Of a stretch of DNA of 64,000 nt, positions 50,101-63,500 are shown piece by piece (within the stretch, counting starts at the first letter, position 1; each line of letters opens with the position of its first letter). The notes under the pieces were generated by a model. That model did not search any database, was not told the DNA's origin, and saw only the letters and a list, made by a program, of their open reading frames with translations. Both the position numbers and the translations under genes were made by a program. Source of the stretch: Camelus ferus (Eukaryota); assembly GCF_009834535.1 (NCBI RefSeq), contig NC_045697.1:72418001-72482000 (forward strand), given 5' to 3'.

Positions 50101-53100
50101 AATAGATCAATAGAGATGAATGAATCTGAAGAACAAAAAGCAAAACGTAACGAAGAAAAATAAACAGTGCCTCAGACACCAATAGTATACCATCAAGAGT
50201 ATTAATATATGCATAAGGGAGAGAGAAAACAGGAGGAGAAAACAGAGGGAGATAAAGGGGAAGAAAAATATTTGAAAATCTAATGTCCAAATTTCCAAAT
50301 TTAATGAAAAACATTAACCTATAGATGTAAGAAGCTCGATAAATCCCAAGTAGAAAAAAACACAAAAAGATCCATACCTAGAGACGTCACTGTCAAACTG
50401 CTGACAGCCAAAGACAAAGGAAAATCTTGGCAGTGGCAAGAGAAATGACTCATCATGTAGAGGGGGACAATAATACAATTAACAGCAGCATTTTCATCAG
50501 GAAAAATGGAGGCCAGAAAGCAGTGAAATCTTGTTTTAAAAGTACAGGGAAAACTCCCATCAATCAAGAATCCTATATCCAGTAAAATTATCCTTCAAAA
50601 TGAAGCTGAAATAAAGACATTCCCAAACAAAAATAAAGAGAATTCATCTTTGCTAAAGAAATACTTAAGAAAAGCTTTAAGTTGAAAGGAAATGATAGAA
50701 GTTGATAATCTGAACCAATAAGAAAGAAAAAAGGGCACTGAAAATGAGAAATAAATGTCTAAGTATAAAAGACCAAATATACATATATTTTTTCTCACTT
50801 TGTCTCAGTTTCTTAAAAAAAGCTTAAGATCATTAAGAGCAATAAGAATAACAAAATATTGTTGAGGGAACCGGATTTGGTCCATGGGCTGTAATTTCCC
50901 CGCTCCCATTTTAATAGCTGAAATAGAAGATATACCTGGATATAAGTGAAGAGGAGGATGCTTCAGGCAGAAAATTACCTGGAAGATTTGTTGGGCTCTA
51001 TTCCTCCTAACTTCTTTCTTTCAGCAGGGCTACAAAATTTTTCTCTGCATCATGTATTTTTTTCCCTAAAACCAGTAATATTTCATGGAATTTTATTAAC
51101 CAGATATTTATTTGAGTAAATAAGCATATCCCTTGAAATTAATCTTTTTGCTATCTTGCCCAACACCAACTTGAGAGCTGATAAACTAAATGAATGAGAG
51201 TTCTGATTAAGTGAAACAGGTGGGGTGAAGGGAGAAAAGGACATAAAATCAAAACCAAGCTAGTTCAAGATGGCAGACAAAGCACATGAGGCTTAACTGA
51301 AATAAAAATATAGAAATATAAAAAGGAATAGAGATACCACCATGAAGAGAACTAGGGGAGAAGAGAGAGTGGTCATCACACATTTCTGGGAGATGAAAGC
51401 AGATAGGACCAGGCTGAAGGATGGAAACAGGTACAGAAAGTTGCAGCCTTAAGTATGTGAGGTACCTACAAAAGAAATCCATTTGACATTGGAAACAAGG
51501 AATTTTTGACCTTAGAAACAGTATACAGCTAAAGGCAGTAATGAGAAAGGGGGACTAAAAGATGGAAATTAATCAAGGGTTTTTACATGGTACAACAGCA
51601 CCAGTCAGCAACATTACTCCTCTTTCCATTCCTGTGCTTAGAGACTGCTAACATGTATCATACTTTTAGTAATTGAATGGATTATTAAAGAAAGATCTAA
51701 AGCTTTAAGCATGATTATTGGAGTTCCAGAGTAAAAATAACTCATTCTGGCATGTGGAAACCCCTCATAGTCAACTCTATGACCACTGACCACAACAAAG
51801 CCTGTCAGTCAATAAAGCACTGTCCTCCCCTGTGCCAGGCAGAATTTGGTCTCAGAGGAGGGACTTGACAAGAAAACAATCCTACCTTCAGAATAGCACA
51901 GTATATCCACATAAGCTATTGAGACCTTTCTTCTTAAATATCAGACAGCCAAGATCACTAACATAAAACAAACCCCAGCAGTATGAAAACAAAAAGTCAA
52001 ACAAAATAAACTGAAAAACTGACCTCAGAAGAAACAGATAATTCAGGGACCAGAATAAAATATGACAAAAAATTATAAATTATATCCTCAGAGACTTGAG
52101 AATATACAAAAAATAAGAATAGAATGCTATATGAAAAGAATAGTTAGAGAACAAGAAAAGTCCTTGGAGATAAAATAAGTATGATTGCTGAAATGAAAAA
52201 CTGGGAAAATGAAAGATGAAATAGGAAGTAAAGGAAATCTAGAATAGAAAGCAACGTAAAGTGGTGGTAAATATGAGCTAAAACCAGTCCACGTTGCCCA
52301 ATATCTGCTTGGAAAAGAGAATAAAGAAAAAAAAAAAAAAGGAGGGGAGGGAGGAAATTGTCAAGGAAATAATATGCAACTTTCTTGGGGTTCAGATTGA
52401 AAAGGTCAACCAGGTGCTCAACACAAAGCATGAAAAAAGATCCATACCTACACTTATCACTGTAAAATGTTTCAATATCAAGGATACAGAGAAGATGCCA
52501 AAATCTTCTACACATCCTAAAAAAAGCCATTTCCAAATGAATCATAAAAAGATTTGCATACAATTTCTTATTAGCAACTCTAGATACTAAAAGATAATGG
52601 ATGAACCCTTCCAAAATTCTAAAAAATATTATTTCTAATCTAGAATTATATATCCAACTAATCAAGTGTGAGAGTGGAATAAAAACTTTTTCATGTATGT
52701 GAGGTCTCTGAAAGCTCTCATGTATCTTTTTTTAGGCAGTTACTTGAAGACATATGCTAGCAAAACAGGAGGAAACCAAGAAAGATGAAGGATTTTAATA
52801 TTGGAAACAATGTATCCAAACCAGGAAAGCATTGAAAGGAAGCTCTAGGATGACAGTCTTCCACAGACCTGGAAAACAGCCACACAGGAGGGAGCAGAAA
52901 GACGGAAGTCTCTGGGAGGAAGGTCTCCAGGAATGAAGAGGGATTTTTTTTTCAGTTTATGAAATTATGAAGACAGTGAAAAAAAAAATCAGTGGTTGCC
53001 AGGGGCTCCAGGGAGAGGAAGGAATGAATAGGTAGAGCACAGGAGATTTTTAGGGCACTGGAACTATTCTGTATGATACTGTAATGGTGGATGCATATCA

Positions 53101-53765
53101 TTATACATGTCAAAACCCAGAGAATGTGTAACACAGAGAGAACCTTAATGTAATTTATGGACTTTAATAATGTACAACACTGGTTCATCAACTGTAACAA
53201 ACATACCACATTAATGTAAGATGTTAATGATAGGGGAAACTGTGTGTGCATGAGGGTGAGAGGTTAAATGGGAACTCTCTGTACTTCCCACTCAATTTTT
53301 ATGTAGACCTAAAAAAACGCCTTAAAAGGCTATTAATTTAAAAAAAAACAATAAAAATATGAAATAGTGTGATATATGTATAATTGAAGTCCCAGAAGAA
53401 GAGGAGAGAGAGAATGGGGCAGAATAAATATTTAAAGAGAGGATGACTTTCCAAAATGGATGAAAGACAATACACAGGTCCAAATAGTCTAGTGAAGCTC
53501 AAGGAGGATAAATACAAGGAAGTGTATACCTAGTCATATTATAGTTAAACTGTAGAAATCAAAGAACAAGAAACATTTTTTTATCATCTAAAAAAACATA
53601 GTCATATTACATTTAGAGGAACAACAATAAGAATTATGCTGGCTTGTCATTAGAAGTAAAGAAAGCCAAAAGACAATGAAAGAACATCTTTAAAGAGCTT
53701 AAAGGAAGCAAAGCCTGTGAAATTGAAGTCTATACCCTACAATAATATACTTCAAAAATAAAGGT
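47200..53765 (+). mobile_element. Cluster of old L1 5'/ORF1 (and HAL1-like) fragments with an L1MC-like 3' UTR at about 52965-53345
   Basis: Repeated ORF1 landmarks (AATGGAGGCCAGAAAGCAGTG, TATCCTTCAAAATGAAG..AATAAAGACATTCCCAAACAAA), A-rich, many stops. Internal boundaries not resolved. Confidence 0.7.
49821..49980 (-). mobile_element. Second copy of the same tRNA-derived SINE
   Basis: Reverse complement matches the 1186-1320 element. Flanked by CCCATTTTTT at 49811-49820 and 49981-49990 (TSD-like). Confidence 0.88.
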
Positions 53766-53769
53766 CATA

Positions 53770-54490
53770 TGTGGGAATGTAAACTGGTGCAGCCACCATG
53801 GAATACAGTATGCAGGTGCCTCAAAGAAACTAAAAATAGAGTTACCATATGATTTAACAATCCCACTCCTAGGCATATATCTGGAAAAGACAAAAACTCT
53901 AATTCAAAAAGATACATGCACCCCACTGTTCACAGCAGCACTATTTACAATAGCCAAGACATGGAAGCAATCTAAATGTCCATCGACAGATGACTGGATA
54001 AAAAAGATGTGGTATATATATACAGTGGGCTATTGCTCAGCCATAAAAAAGAATGAAATAATGCTATTTGCAGCAACACGGATGGACCTAGAGATTATCA
54101 CACTAAGCGAAGTAAGTCAGACAGAGAAAGACAAATATCATATGATATCATTTATATGTGGAGTCTAAAAAAAGTGATACAAATAAACTTAGTTATAAAA
54201 CAGAAATAGACTCAAGAACACAGAGAACAAACTTATGGTTATCAAAGGGGAAAGGGTGGAAAGGGATAAGTTACGAATTTTGTATTAACAGATACACACC
54301 ACTACACACAAAATAAACAAGGCATTACTGTATAGCAGAAGGAACTATATTTAATATCTCATAGTAATCTATAATGGAAAGGAATCTGAGAAAGAAAATA
54401 TATATACATAACTGAATCACTTTGCTGTATACCTGAAACATTATAAATCAATTATACTTCAATTAAAAAAGATAAATAAAAATAAAAAAA
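53770..54490 (+). mobile_element. Relatively young L1 3' end (ORF2 C-terminus, 3' UTR, A tail)
   Basis: GTGGGAATGTAAACTGGTGCAGCCAC..GACATGGAAGCAA..TCAATTATACTTCAATTAAAAAA. Confidence 0.88.
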
Positions 54491-54494
54491 GATC

Positions 54495-56255
54495 AGAAAG
54501 AACAAAAAAGGCATCATACTTGCTGATTTCAAACTATATTACAAAGTTATTATAATCAAAATAGTATGGTATTAGCATAAAAACAGACACATAGGTCAAT
54601 GGAACATTTGTTATTCTGAAGCCCAGAAATAGAGTTATATACATATGGTCAATTTGTGACCAAGTAGCCAAGAATATACAATGGGAAAAGGACAATCTTG
54701 TCAATAAACGGTATTTAGAAAACTGGACAGCCTCATGCAAACAAATAAAGCTGGACCTCTATACCATACACAAAAAATGACTCAAAATGGATTAAAGACT
54801 TGAACCTATGACCTGAAATCATAAAACTTTTAGAAGAAAACATAGGTGTTAAGCTCTTTGATGCTGGTATTGGCGATGATGTTTTAGGTTTGATACCAGA
54901 AACAAAGGCAGCAAAAGTTAAAAAAAAAAAAAAAAAGTGGGACTACATCAAACTAAAAAGCTTCTGCACACCAAAGGAAACCATCAACAAAATGAAAAGG
55001 CAACCTGCCAAATGGAAGACACTATTTGCAAATCAAATATATGATAAGTGGTTAATATCCAAAATATATAAGGAATTCATACAACTCAATAGACAAAAAA
55101 AAAAAAAAAAGAAAAGAAAACCCCCACAATAAAACAATTTGATTAAAAAATAGGCAGAGAATCTGAATAGAAATTTTTTCAAAGAAGACATACAGATGGC
55201 CAACAGGTATACGAAAAGATGCTCAACAACAATAATTGTCAGGGAAATGCAAATTAAAACCACAATGAGGTAACACCTCCCACCTGTTAAAATGACTATT
55301 ATCAAAAAGACAAGAATGTTATTAGTGTTAGCGAGGATGTGGGAAAAGGGAACCCTTGTGCACTGTTGGTGGGAATGTATACTGATGTAGCCACTATGGA
55401 AAACAGAAAGGAGATTCCTCAAAAAATTAAAACTAGAACTACCATATGATCCAGCAATTCCACTTCTGGTTATTTATACAAAGAAAATTAAAACACTAAT
55501 TCAAAAAGGTGTATGAATCTCCATGTTCACTGCAGTCAAGATATACAAGACAGCTAAACTTACAAGAGCCAAGATATGGAAACAACCTAAGTGTTCATCA
55601 ACATCAAGGATGAATGGATAAAGAAAATGGTAGGTCTATATCTATATCTATAAAATGAAATATTATTTGGCCATAGAAAAGAAGATCTTGCCATATGCTA
55701 CAACACAGACGGACCTTGAGAGCATTATGCTAAGAGAAATAACTCAGAGAAAGACAGATACAGTATAATGTCTCTTATATGTGGAATAAAAAAAAACCCA
55801 AATAGACTCACAGACATAGTAAACAAACTTTGGTTACTGGGGGAAAGGGAGTGGGAAGGGATGAATTGGGAGTTCAAGATTTGCAAATACTAATTGCTAT
55901 ATACAAAATAGATAAAACAAATTTCTTCTGTATAACACAGGGAACTATATTCAATATCTTGTAGTAACCTGTAATGAAAAAGAATATGAAAACAAATATA
56001 TGTATGTACATGGATGATTGAAACATTATGCTGTACACCAGAAATTGACACATTATAACTGACTATACTTCAATTAAAAAAACCAATCAAGCTCATAGAT
56101 GCAGAGAACAGACTGGTGGCTGGCAAAGGCAGAGGGCAGGAGGATGGACAAAATGGGTGAAGGGGGACAAACTTCTAGTTATAAAATAGGTCATGAGGAT
56201 GTAATGTACAGCATGTTGACTATAGTTAGTAATATTGCATTGTGTATCTTTACTA
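54495..56255 (+). mobile_element. L1 ORF2 3' third plus 3' UTR, interrupted by a younger L1 3' end at 55801-56075
   Basis: WDYIKLKSFCTPKETINKMKRQP (ORF track 54890-55132). Nested piece flanked by AAAAAAACCCAA and AAAAAAACCAA. Confidence 0.88.
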
Positions 56256-56910
56256 AGTGAATTTACTAAATCAATTAATAAAATTTTCAAAGTTTAAAGT
56301 TAGCAAGCAGCAAAGAAAAAAATGTTAAACTCAGTTACTAATCCTTCATCATATTTTAATCTAATTTTTGTTCTCTATAAGTTCTGTACTTCTGGAGGTC
56401 AAAATCATTCCCCCTATCTCTTCGGTTTAATCACACAGAAATCTAGGGTGGAAAAAAGGAAAATCTCTTATAAATACTTGGTGACAATGAGATGCTTTAA
56501 AATTTTAGTGGGAAAGCAAGTTTTATACAACTCTTTAAGGCAGCAGCTGTTTTAAAACTTGGAGCTTATTTTTAATAAGAATCTTAATATTGCCAGAAGT
56601 ATAATGTTCCTTCTAGCTAACTTAAAATTGAACGTCAAAAGTAGGTTTTAAATAAAAATCTTGTATCAATTCTCTAATTTCTAAAATTTAAAACAAAAAG
56701 TCATGAAAAACATTAAAATAGAGATCTGTTAAACAATTATTATTATTACTGACAGACTGAAGGAACTACTTCTCCTTTGTCCACTTGTAATAGGGCTAGT
56801 CATCTCATCTGGAGGGTAGAGATCATGCAGTGGCTTTGTTGGCTTGTGCTTTAAGATTTATCAAGTAGATATCTCATTTTCTATCCATTTACATTTCTTA
56901 TTTCACATAC

Positions 56911-57046
56911 CATTTGTAATAGTTTCATTCAGTGTTCCTTGTGGAGGACAAGAACTCTTTTTTTCCACCTGTGGTTTTGTTCCCTCTGTTTTTGACAAGA
57001 TAGTTTCCTGAGTTTCTTCAGGTTTACTATCACTAGCTTTGAGGAT
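56911..57046 (-). CDS. SLC9B1: SLC9B1 exon 3: ILKASDSKPEETQETILSKTEGTKPQVEKKSSCPPQGTLNETITN(G)
   Basis: TTCAG acceptor, GTATGT donor, 136 nt, phase 0 to 1, SCPxxG motif as in NHA1/NHA2. Confidence 0.9.
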
Positions 57047-58732
57047 CTGAAGTAAAACAAGAAAATCCGTTAAGAAATATACTTTCATACAATTTTATGA
57101 ATGCAAGAAATGACCATAATTAAATTCATACTATTACTGTGAACATGGATACAAAACATACAACACACACAGAAAAGCATATTCATGCTCTGTATCAATA
57201 GGTATCTGCGGAGGTAACAGCAGTGTATTTTGCAGGGCACCTTGATTTGGCCTTTCACAGACCTGAGTTCCTGCTGTCTTCATTTATGATTTATATGTAC
57301 TGAATAAGTCCTGTAGTGTGGGCAAAATAAAACTGCCCGTCCTCAGTCTAATTCCAAAAGATTATTCAACAAAACTTTTGTGGAATTAAAATACAACTAA
57401 ATTGGAAAGGAGGTAAAATATAATTTTACTTGGATTCAGTTCATTTGAAAAACTACATAACTGAAAGAAAAATGAGAAAAACAGATTAAGCTTTCAGAAA
57501 TGAAGGTTCACGCTTCTTCTACCACTGTTCATAGATAACACATTCAGATGATTCATGGGTATACCTCAACCTTCCAGGCTTCAGTGGTAGTTAGTCTAAT
57601 TATGAAACTGCTGATTTAGGGGGGAAAAAAGATATGTTTAGTTTATGAGACTAATCAAAGGCTTCTCCCAAAGTAAAAACCAAGACCAGACAAAAGATCA
57701 AAAAACAAAATAGGTCACTTAACTCTGGGATAGAGATCTTCAAACTTCCTTGCTGTCATGATGTGTGTGTGTGTGTATGCCCTTTGAGTACATCAATACT
57801 ACTTTGCATGCAGTGGAGAGAGAACATCACATTGCCACAAGAAATGGTGACAAAGGCCAGAGAGCATGGATGGATTAGATTAAGGGAAGAGGAAGCACTT
57901 AATGACTAGGAAGACAGGCACACAGCAGCTGATGTAAACAAATTATGCAGCTCTTTAAAAGCAAAGTTCTTTAAACCTGGTCATGATTAATCTTTTGGAG
58001 TACTGATTCAGAGACCTTTTCTTGGAAAGTCTGTCACTATACAAATGGTCCAAGGTAAAGACACAAAGGTGAGTTTTGATTAGGGTGGGTGAAAGGTTAT
58101 ATATAATAAAACCATATTACTTTCCGTTTTATTGTTTCAGAATTTATAATAAATGTACAAAGAGTAGGATAAAGTCTTTACAGATAAAGTAATTAGAATC
58201 AATGGGGGGTATTTAAAATACTTTTTAAAAAGGACTTTTTTGGCCCTTAAGAACTGTAGAAACCTCTATTATAAATAAACAATTTATACTTCTAATTATG
58301 AGCAATTATTACTTAGTAAAACTAGACCAACAAAAGTTCTAATGACTTACTATTTACATAAGCAAAAAAAAAATAGATCTCTTCAAATGTACAGCACATT
58401 TTACTTAATTTAGATTTTTCTTTATCTCTTGTACTCTAAATAACTAAGTTTATTCTGGACCTGGCAAGAAATAATAAGTCAAATTTCCATTATTCCTAAA
58501 ATCTGCCCTCTTTAGCTCCAAAATAATCTACAGTCACTCTTTCCTATCTTTTCATTCCTTTTACTCATTCCTTAAGACCTATTAAAAGTAGCTATTTTTA
58601 AATGACCACTTCTCATTTTTCAACCAACTAAAAACAAACAAACAAAAAACCTATTAAGTAAACTTTACAAATAAATTTTAAGATCAGATTGGTTTTTATG
58701 TCATATATTACAGTATAGTTTAAAGTTTTTAC

Positions 58733-58801
58733 CTGAGGAGTTGTAGATGATTGCATGTTTTTATCCTCCAAATGTTCATTATTTGGTTCTGTGGTGTACA
58801 T
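58733..58801 (-). CDS. SLC9B1: SLC9B1 first coding exon (exon 2): MYTTEPNNEHLEDKNMQSSTTPQ
   Basis: Acceptor AG at 58804-58803, one UTR base (58802), ATG at 58801-58799, donor GT at 58732-58731. Resembles the human N-terminus MHTTESKNEHLEDENFQTSTTPQ. Confidence 0.88.
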
Positions 58802-60579
58802 GCTAATGTTTAAAAGAAATTTAAAAGGAAAAAAAAGAACTATTAACTCCATCTGAAAACAAACATGGTTAAGTGGGATTAATTTTTAAATAATTTTTGT
58901 CACAAAATTTTATCACAGTCAAGTCAGATATCTTTATAGTCAAAACAGTCCAAATATTCATTTTAAAGTTATTAACCAAAGTTATGTGCACAAGTTTTTT
59001 AAACTATTAACACAGAGAAATTGAATACTTCTCAATAATTCATAATCTTGAACTGTATTTTAAAAGCATGTATCAGAAAATTCTTTATTTCATGCACTGA
59101 ACTAGTATGTTTGAGACAATTTCCATCATTGATTTATTCTATCTTCAGTAAATTCCTGCATAAGAGACTCCAAGAAAATTTAAAATGAAATGTGATCACC
59201 TACATTAAAACCTACATCTGTAAGTTACTGATACAGGCTGAAAGGTCTGTAGGTCTAACATTTAAGCAAGGCAAAATAGGTTTTATTTTGAGTAATTATG
59301 TACTAGAGAGAGAAAAAAAGAATGAAATAGAACCACATGAAGATAAGAGTTAGTTTCAGAAACTTTTATTTTAAAATAACTGTTGTTTCTACCTTCTCTG
59401 TGATCTTTGCTGTCTTTGAGTGTAGAGAGAGTATCTTTGCCTTAAAAATGTCTTTCAATTCTGGAGCTACTGTTGAGGACAAAATTAAAGATTTCAAGTT
59501 TTAATTTTTAAGTACTTGACAAGAACACGTTTCAAGAATCTATACTTTTTTAAAAAGGCAAGCAATTTTAATAATGAAAATTTTTAATGGAAAGGAACAT
59601 TAACATTTGAGTACCTACCACATGCTCAGTGCTTACATGTACTGTCCCACTTTAATGAATCAAAATATTAGTGCATAAAATCCTTTAAGGAATCATAACT
59701 GAATTTATGACATTAAAACAGAAAATAACACTTATTTTTAAAATTTGATGAAAAAAATAGATCTCTAAGTCCCTTTAAAGTAAAATTCCGTTTTCATTAA
59801 AGAGAACATCAAAATTATTAGAATGACTCCCTGTTGTTAGCTGTTAGGCCAGGAGCAAAGTGTTAGTAAGGTGTCCGAATAAGGAATGTTGGTGAATCAC
59901 CTAAGCTGTGTCAGGTTTGGAAGGGGCAGGCTGAGGGTTAGTGTGATTAAAAAAATTTGAGCTCCAGTGCACGAGTCATGCGGTCAGGGCACAAAGTTCA
60001 TGGACTCAATAATTTTTGAATGCCTACTCTTCTGGATTCTGAAAATAAAAGCAGCAAAACAGAACAGGAATAGAGGTTTCTGCTGTTACATGGAGCTTAT
60101 AATCTTGCTGCGGGGAAGGGGAAGACAATAAACAGTATTTTCAGACTGCAACTAAGTACTGAAGAAAATAAACCAGCATGATGTCACAGTCATCAAGGTG
60201 ACATATGAACTGTGACCTGAATGAGGAGAAACTGTGAGTCATAACTAGGCAGATGGACTAGGAGCAGGCAAACATAACATCACAAATCATACAAGTAGAG
60301 ATACCAAGAAAGCAGGCAGCAAATTTTAAGATCTGGAACTAAGTCATGATTAGGATAGCAGGACTTGGGATCCAGAGGAGCAAATGGTGCATTAGAGCTT
60401 GAAAACCTAGATAAGGAGTCTGAAAAATAAACATACAGGTTATCAGCTACAAGAGAATTCTGAAACTGTGTCAAGCAATATTTGTGCCTGACAATTACTC
60501 AGTACTCTTTACATATCTGCCAAAAGTGGAATTGGTAGGTGGTATGTAGACTAACCAAAAGCAAGAACTTTGGAGCTGA

Positions 60580-60940
60580 GATAGAAATGTATTTCACTCT
60601 CCCCTTTATCTTTAAATAACTGCAAGAAGTGATTTATTTCCCTAGTCCTCGATGTATTTATCTGTAAAATAATGATATAATATTGCTTAATGTATTGGTT
60701 ATTGTGAGGATTAAATGATAAAACAGCTGACACAAGTTGGACTATGTTAAACACTTAACATGAATCATCTCTTTCGATTCTCACAACTCCATGAATTATT
60801 TACTTTTGAATTATTTACTCTATAAATTATTCTCCTTATTTTACAGATATTGGAACTAAGACCCAAGAAGGTTAAGTAATTTCCCCAAAGTCACACAGCT
60901 AGCAAGTGGCATAGCTGAAATTTAAACCAAATACTGTTTA
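60580..60940. mobile_element. Two oppositely oriented MIR fragments
   Basis: TCTGTAAAAT..GTTATTGTGAGGATTAAATGA followed by ATTTTACAGAT..GGTTAAGTAATTTCCCCAAAGTCACACAGCTAG. Confidence 0.7.
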
Positions 60941-61069
60941 GTATTATTCAAGTCCTTGTTAACCCTGGTATCTATCTGTCTTTTTGCTTTTATTCAGGAA
61001 ATACTGCATTGTGGATTTAAGTTACATTTTCTTCATGACTAATACATTTATTGGCCACTTAAATATCTT

Positions 61070-61510
61070 TTGTTTAAATTGAAGTATAGTTGATTTACAA
61101 TGTTGTATTAGTTTCCGGTGTACAGCATAGTGATTCAGTTACACATATACAATATTCTTTTTCATTATATGCTATTACAAGTTATTGAATATAGTTCCAT
61201 GTGCTATACAGTATAACCTTATTGTTTATCTATTCTCTATATAGTAGTTTATATATTCTAATCCCAAACTCACAATTTATCCCTCCCCCTACCTTTCCCC
61301 TTTGGTAAGCATAAGTTTGTTTTCTATGTGTGCAAGTCTGTTTCTGTTTTATAAATAAGTTCATTTGTATCATTTTTTAAGATTCTACATATAAGTAATA
61401 TCATATATTTGTTTTTCTCTGTCTGACTTACTTCACTTAGTATGATAATCTCTAGGTTCATCCATGTTGCTGCAAATGGCTGTTTTTTATGGCTGAGTAG
61501 TATTCCATTG

Positions 61511-61576
<66 letters not shown>

Positions 61577-61955
61577 CAACTTCTTTATCTAATCATCTGT
61601 CAATGGGCATTTAGGTTGCTTCCATGTCTTGGCTATTGTTAATAATGCTGCTATGAACATTGGGGTGTGTGTATCTTTTTGAATTGGAGTTTTCTCTGGA
61701 TATATGCCCAGGAGTGGGATTGCTGGATCATATGGTAAGTCTATTTTCAGTTTTTAAAGGAATCTCCATACTGTTTTCCATAGTGGCTGCACCAAATTGC
61801 ATTCCCACCAAACAGTGTAGGAGGATTCCCTTTTCTTCACACTCTCCAGCATTTATCGTTTGTGGACTTTTTAATAATGGCCATTCTGACCAGTGTGAGG
61901 CGATACAGTGATATTGAGCATTTTTTTCATGTTCCTATTGGCCATTTGTATGTCC
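61070..61955 (-). mobile_element. Young L1 3' end, same orientation as SLC9B1, upstream of its first coding exon
   Basis: TTGAAGTATAGTTGATTTACAATGTTG..TCTAGGTTCATCCATGTTGCTGCAAATGG..GGAGTGGGATTGCTGGATCATATGG. Confidence 0.88.
61511..61574. repeat. Compound microsatellite (AT)11(AC)21
   Basis: AT units 61511-61532, AC units 61533-61574, uninterrupted. Confidence 0.95.
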
Positions 61956-62249
61956 CAGATTCCTTTTGCAGAGCCTTAACTCTTGATTTTCCCTGCAACT
62001 GAGACTCTCCACCATAAATCTCCCCTTCATTTGGTTAATTCCTTTTTATCCCTCAGTTCAAGGTCCATATACTCAAGAGAAATATTTATGACACCACCTC
62101 TGCCCCTATGCTAAGTCAGGTCCAGACTTTATATGTTATTACAGAACTTTGATTATTTTCTTCAGAGCATCTATCTCAGTTTTTAATTTACTCATTAGAG
62201 TGACTGTTTAATGCATTTGCCTCATTAGGCTACAGACTCCACAACAGTG

Positions 62250-63500
62250 TTCCAAAGGCCCTTGAGGCTCTGTTCATTTTATTTTTCAATTTTTTTTCCC
62301 CACTCTGTTCTTTAAATTGAACAATTTCTATTTATCTATCATCAAGTTCACTGATTCTTTCCTCATTTATTTCCATTCTGCTATTGAGTCCATCTGGTGA
62401 AATTCTATTTCAGATACTGTAATTTTTAGTTCAAAAAGTTTTACTTACTTTTTTTTTTTTTTTTTACTGTTTCTGTTTTTCTGCTGTGAATGAGTATCTT
62501 TCCATTTATTTCAACTATGCTTATCTTTACCACATGAACCATGACTGCTTTAACATCTTTGGTAATTCCCACATTTGGTAATTCCCATATTATGGGTTGG
62601 CGTCTCTCGGTTGTCTTTTCCGGTTCTTTATACGTCAAGTACTTCTGGAGTATATCCTGGACATTCTGTTGCACAGACTCTGGGTCCTACCAAAATCCTT
62701 GAGGAATATTTAATTCATTCTTTGTTTGTTTTAGCAGGTAGTCAACCTCGGTCAGTGTAGATCACATGCTCTCTCTTACCTCCTGTGGGCACCGGTTCCA
62801 GTCTCAGTTGTTTCCAAAGTCTTTGCTATGCTGCCTTTGGTTCATCCCATGAAATCACTCAGGGGTTAGTCTGTGACTTGCACAGTGGTGGTTTTTTGGT
62901 TTGGGTTTTTCAAAAATCTTACCTCACTTCTTAAAGCCACTGATATGCTGCTTTGGGCCTGTCTCATGCATGCACAGCTGGAGGTGATCCAAGAACTTGG
63001 TTGGGTTCAGACACAGAATTCAGGAACCCCGTTCCCTTGCTTTCTCCTCTCCTGAATCCATACACCCCCAATTCTATTATCTCTAAAGGTTCCTTTTCCT
63101 CCTTTCTCTGGTCAGAAGACAGGGCTTTTTCTGAGTTTTAGCTGTCCATAATTCCATGAATAGTGCCTGCCCTTAGGGAAAAGCCGTAAAAGGAAAACAA
63201 CAACAGTTCCTCATATTCACTTCGGACTACAGGGTCCATTTCCCCAAATCTTCAGGCCATAAAAATAGGTTTCTTATTGTACTTTTGGCCTCCTGTGTGG
63301 TTCTTGCAGGGTTGCATTACTGGGGCTTGCCTTCAGGTCAAAGCCATAAGAGCAAGAGACATTCACCCCTGTAGTTTTGACTCTCCTCCACAATCCACCT
63401 GCTTTTGTTCATTTTTCTGAGTCCTCAGGTAATTGCTCTTTGCATTTTAACCAGTTTTGGGTTGTGAGCAGTAGGAAAGAGTTTGTAGTGGGCTTATTGC
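62250..63500 (-). mobile_element. Old L1 ORF1/5' region fragment
   Basis: GAGGCTCTGTTCATTTT, TCAAGTTCACTGATTCTTTCCTC and TTCTGCTATTGAGTCCATC. Confidence 0.65.

Noticed and set aside
52144..52665. Longest ORF in the track (173 aa, minus strand)
   Set aside because: Antisense to an A-rich L1 ORF1-like remnant. The F/L/I-rich composition is an artefact of T-richness.
26592..58801. SLC9B1 as a pseudogene, or as SLC9B2
   Set aside because: All exons are open, in phase and GT-AG. The N- and C-termini match NHA1/SLC9B1, and adjacency to CISD2 fits.
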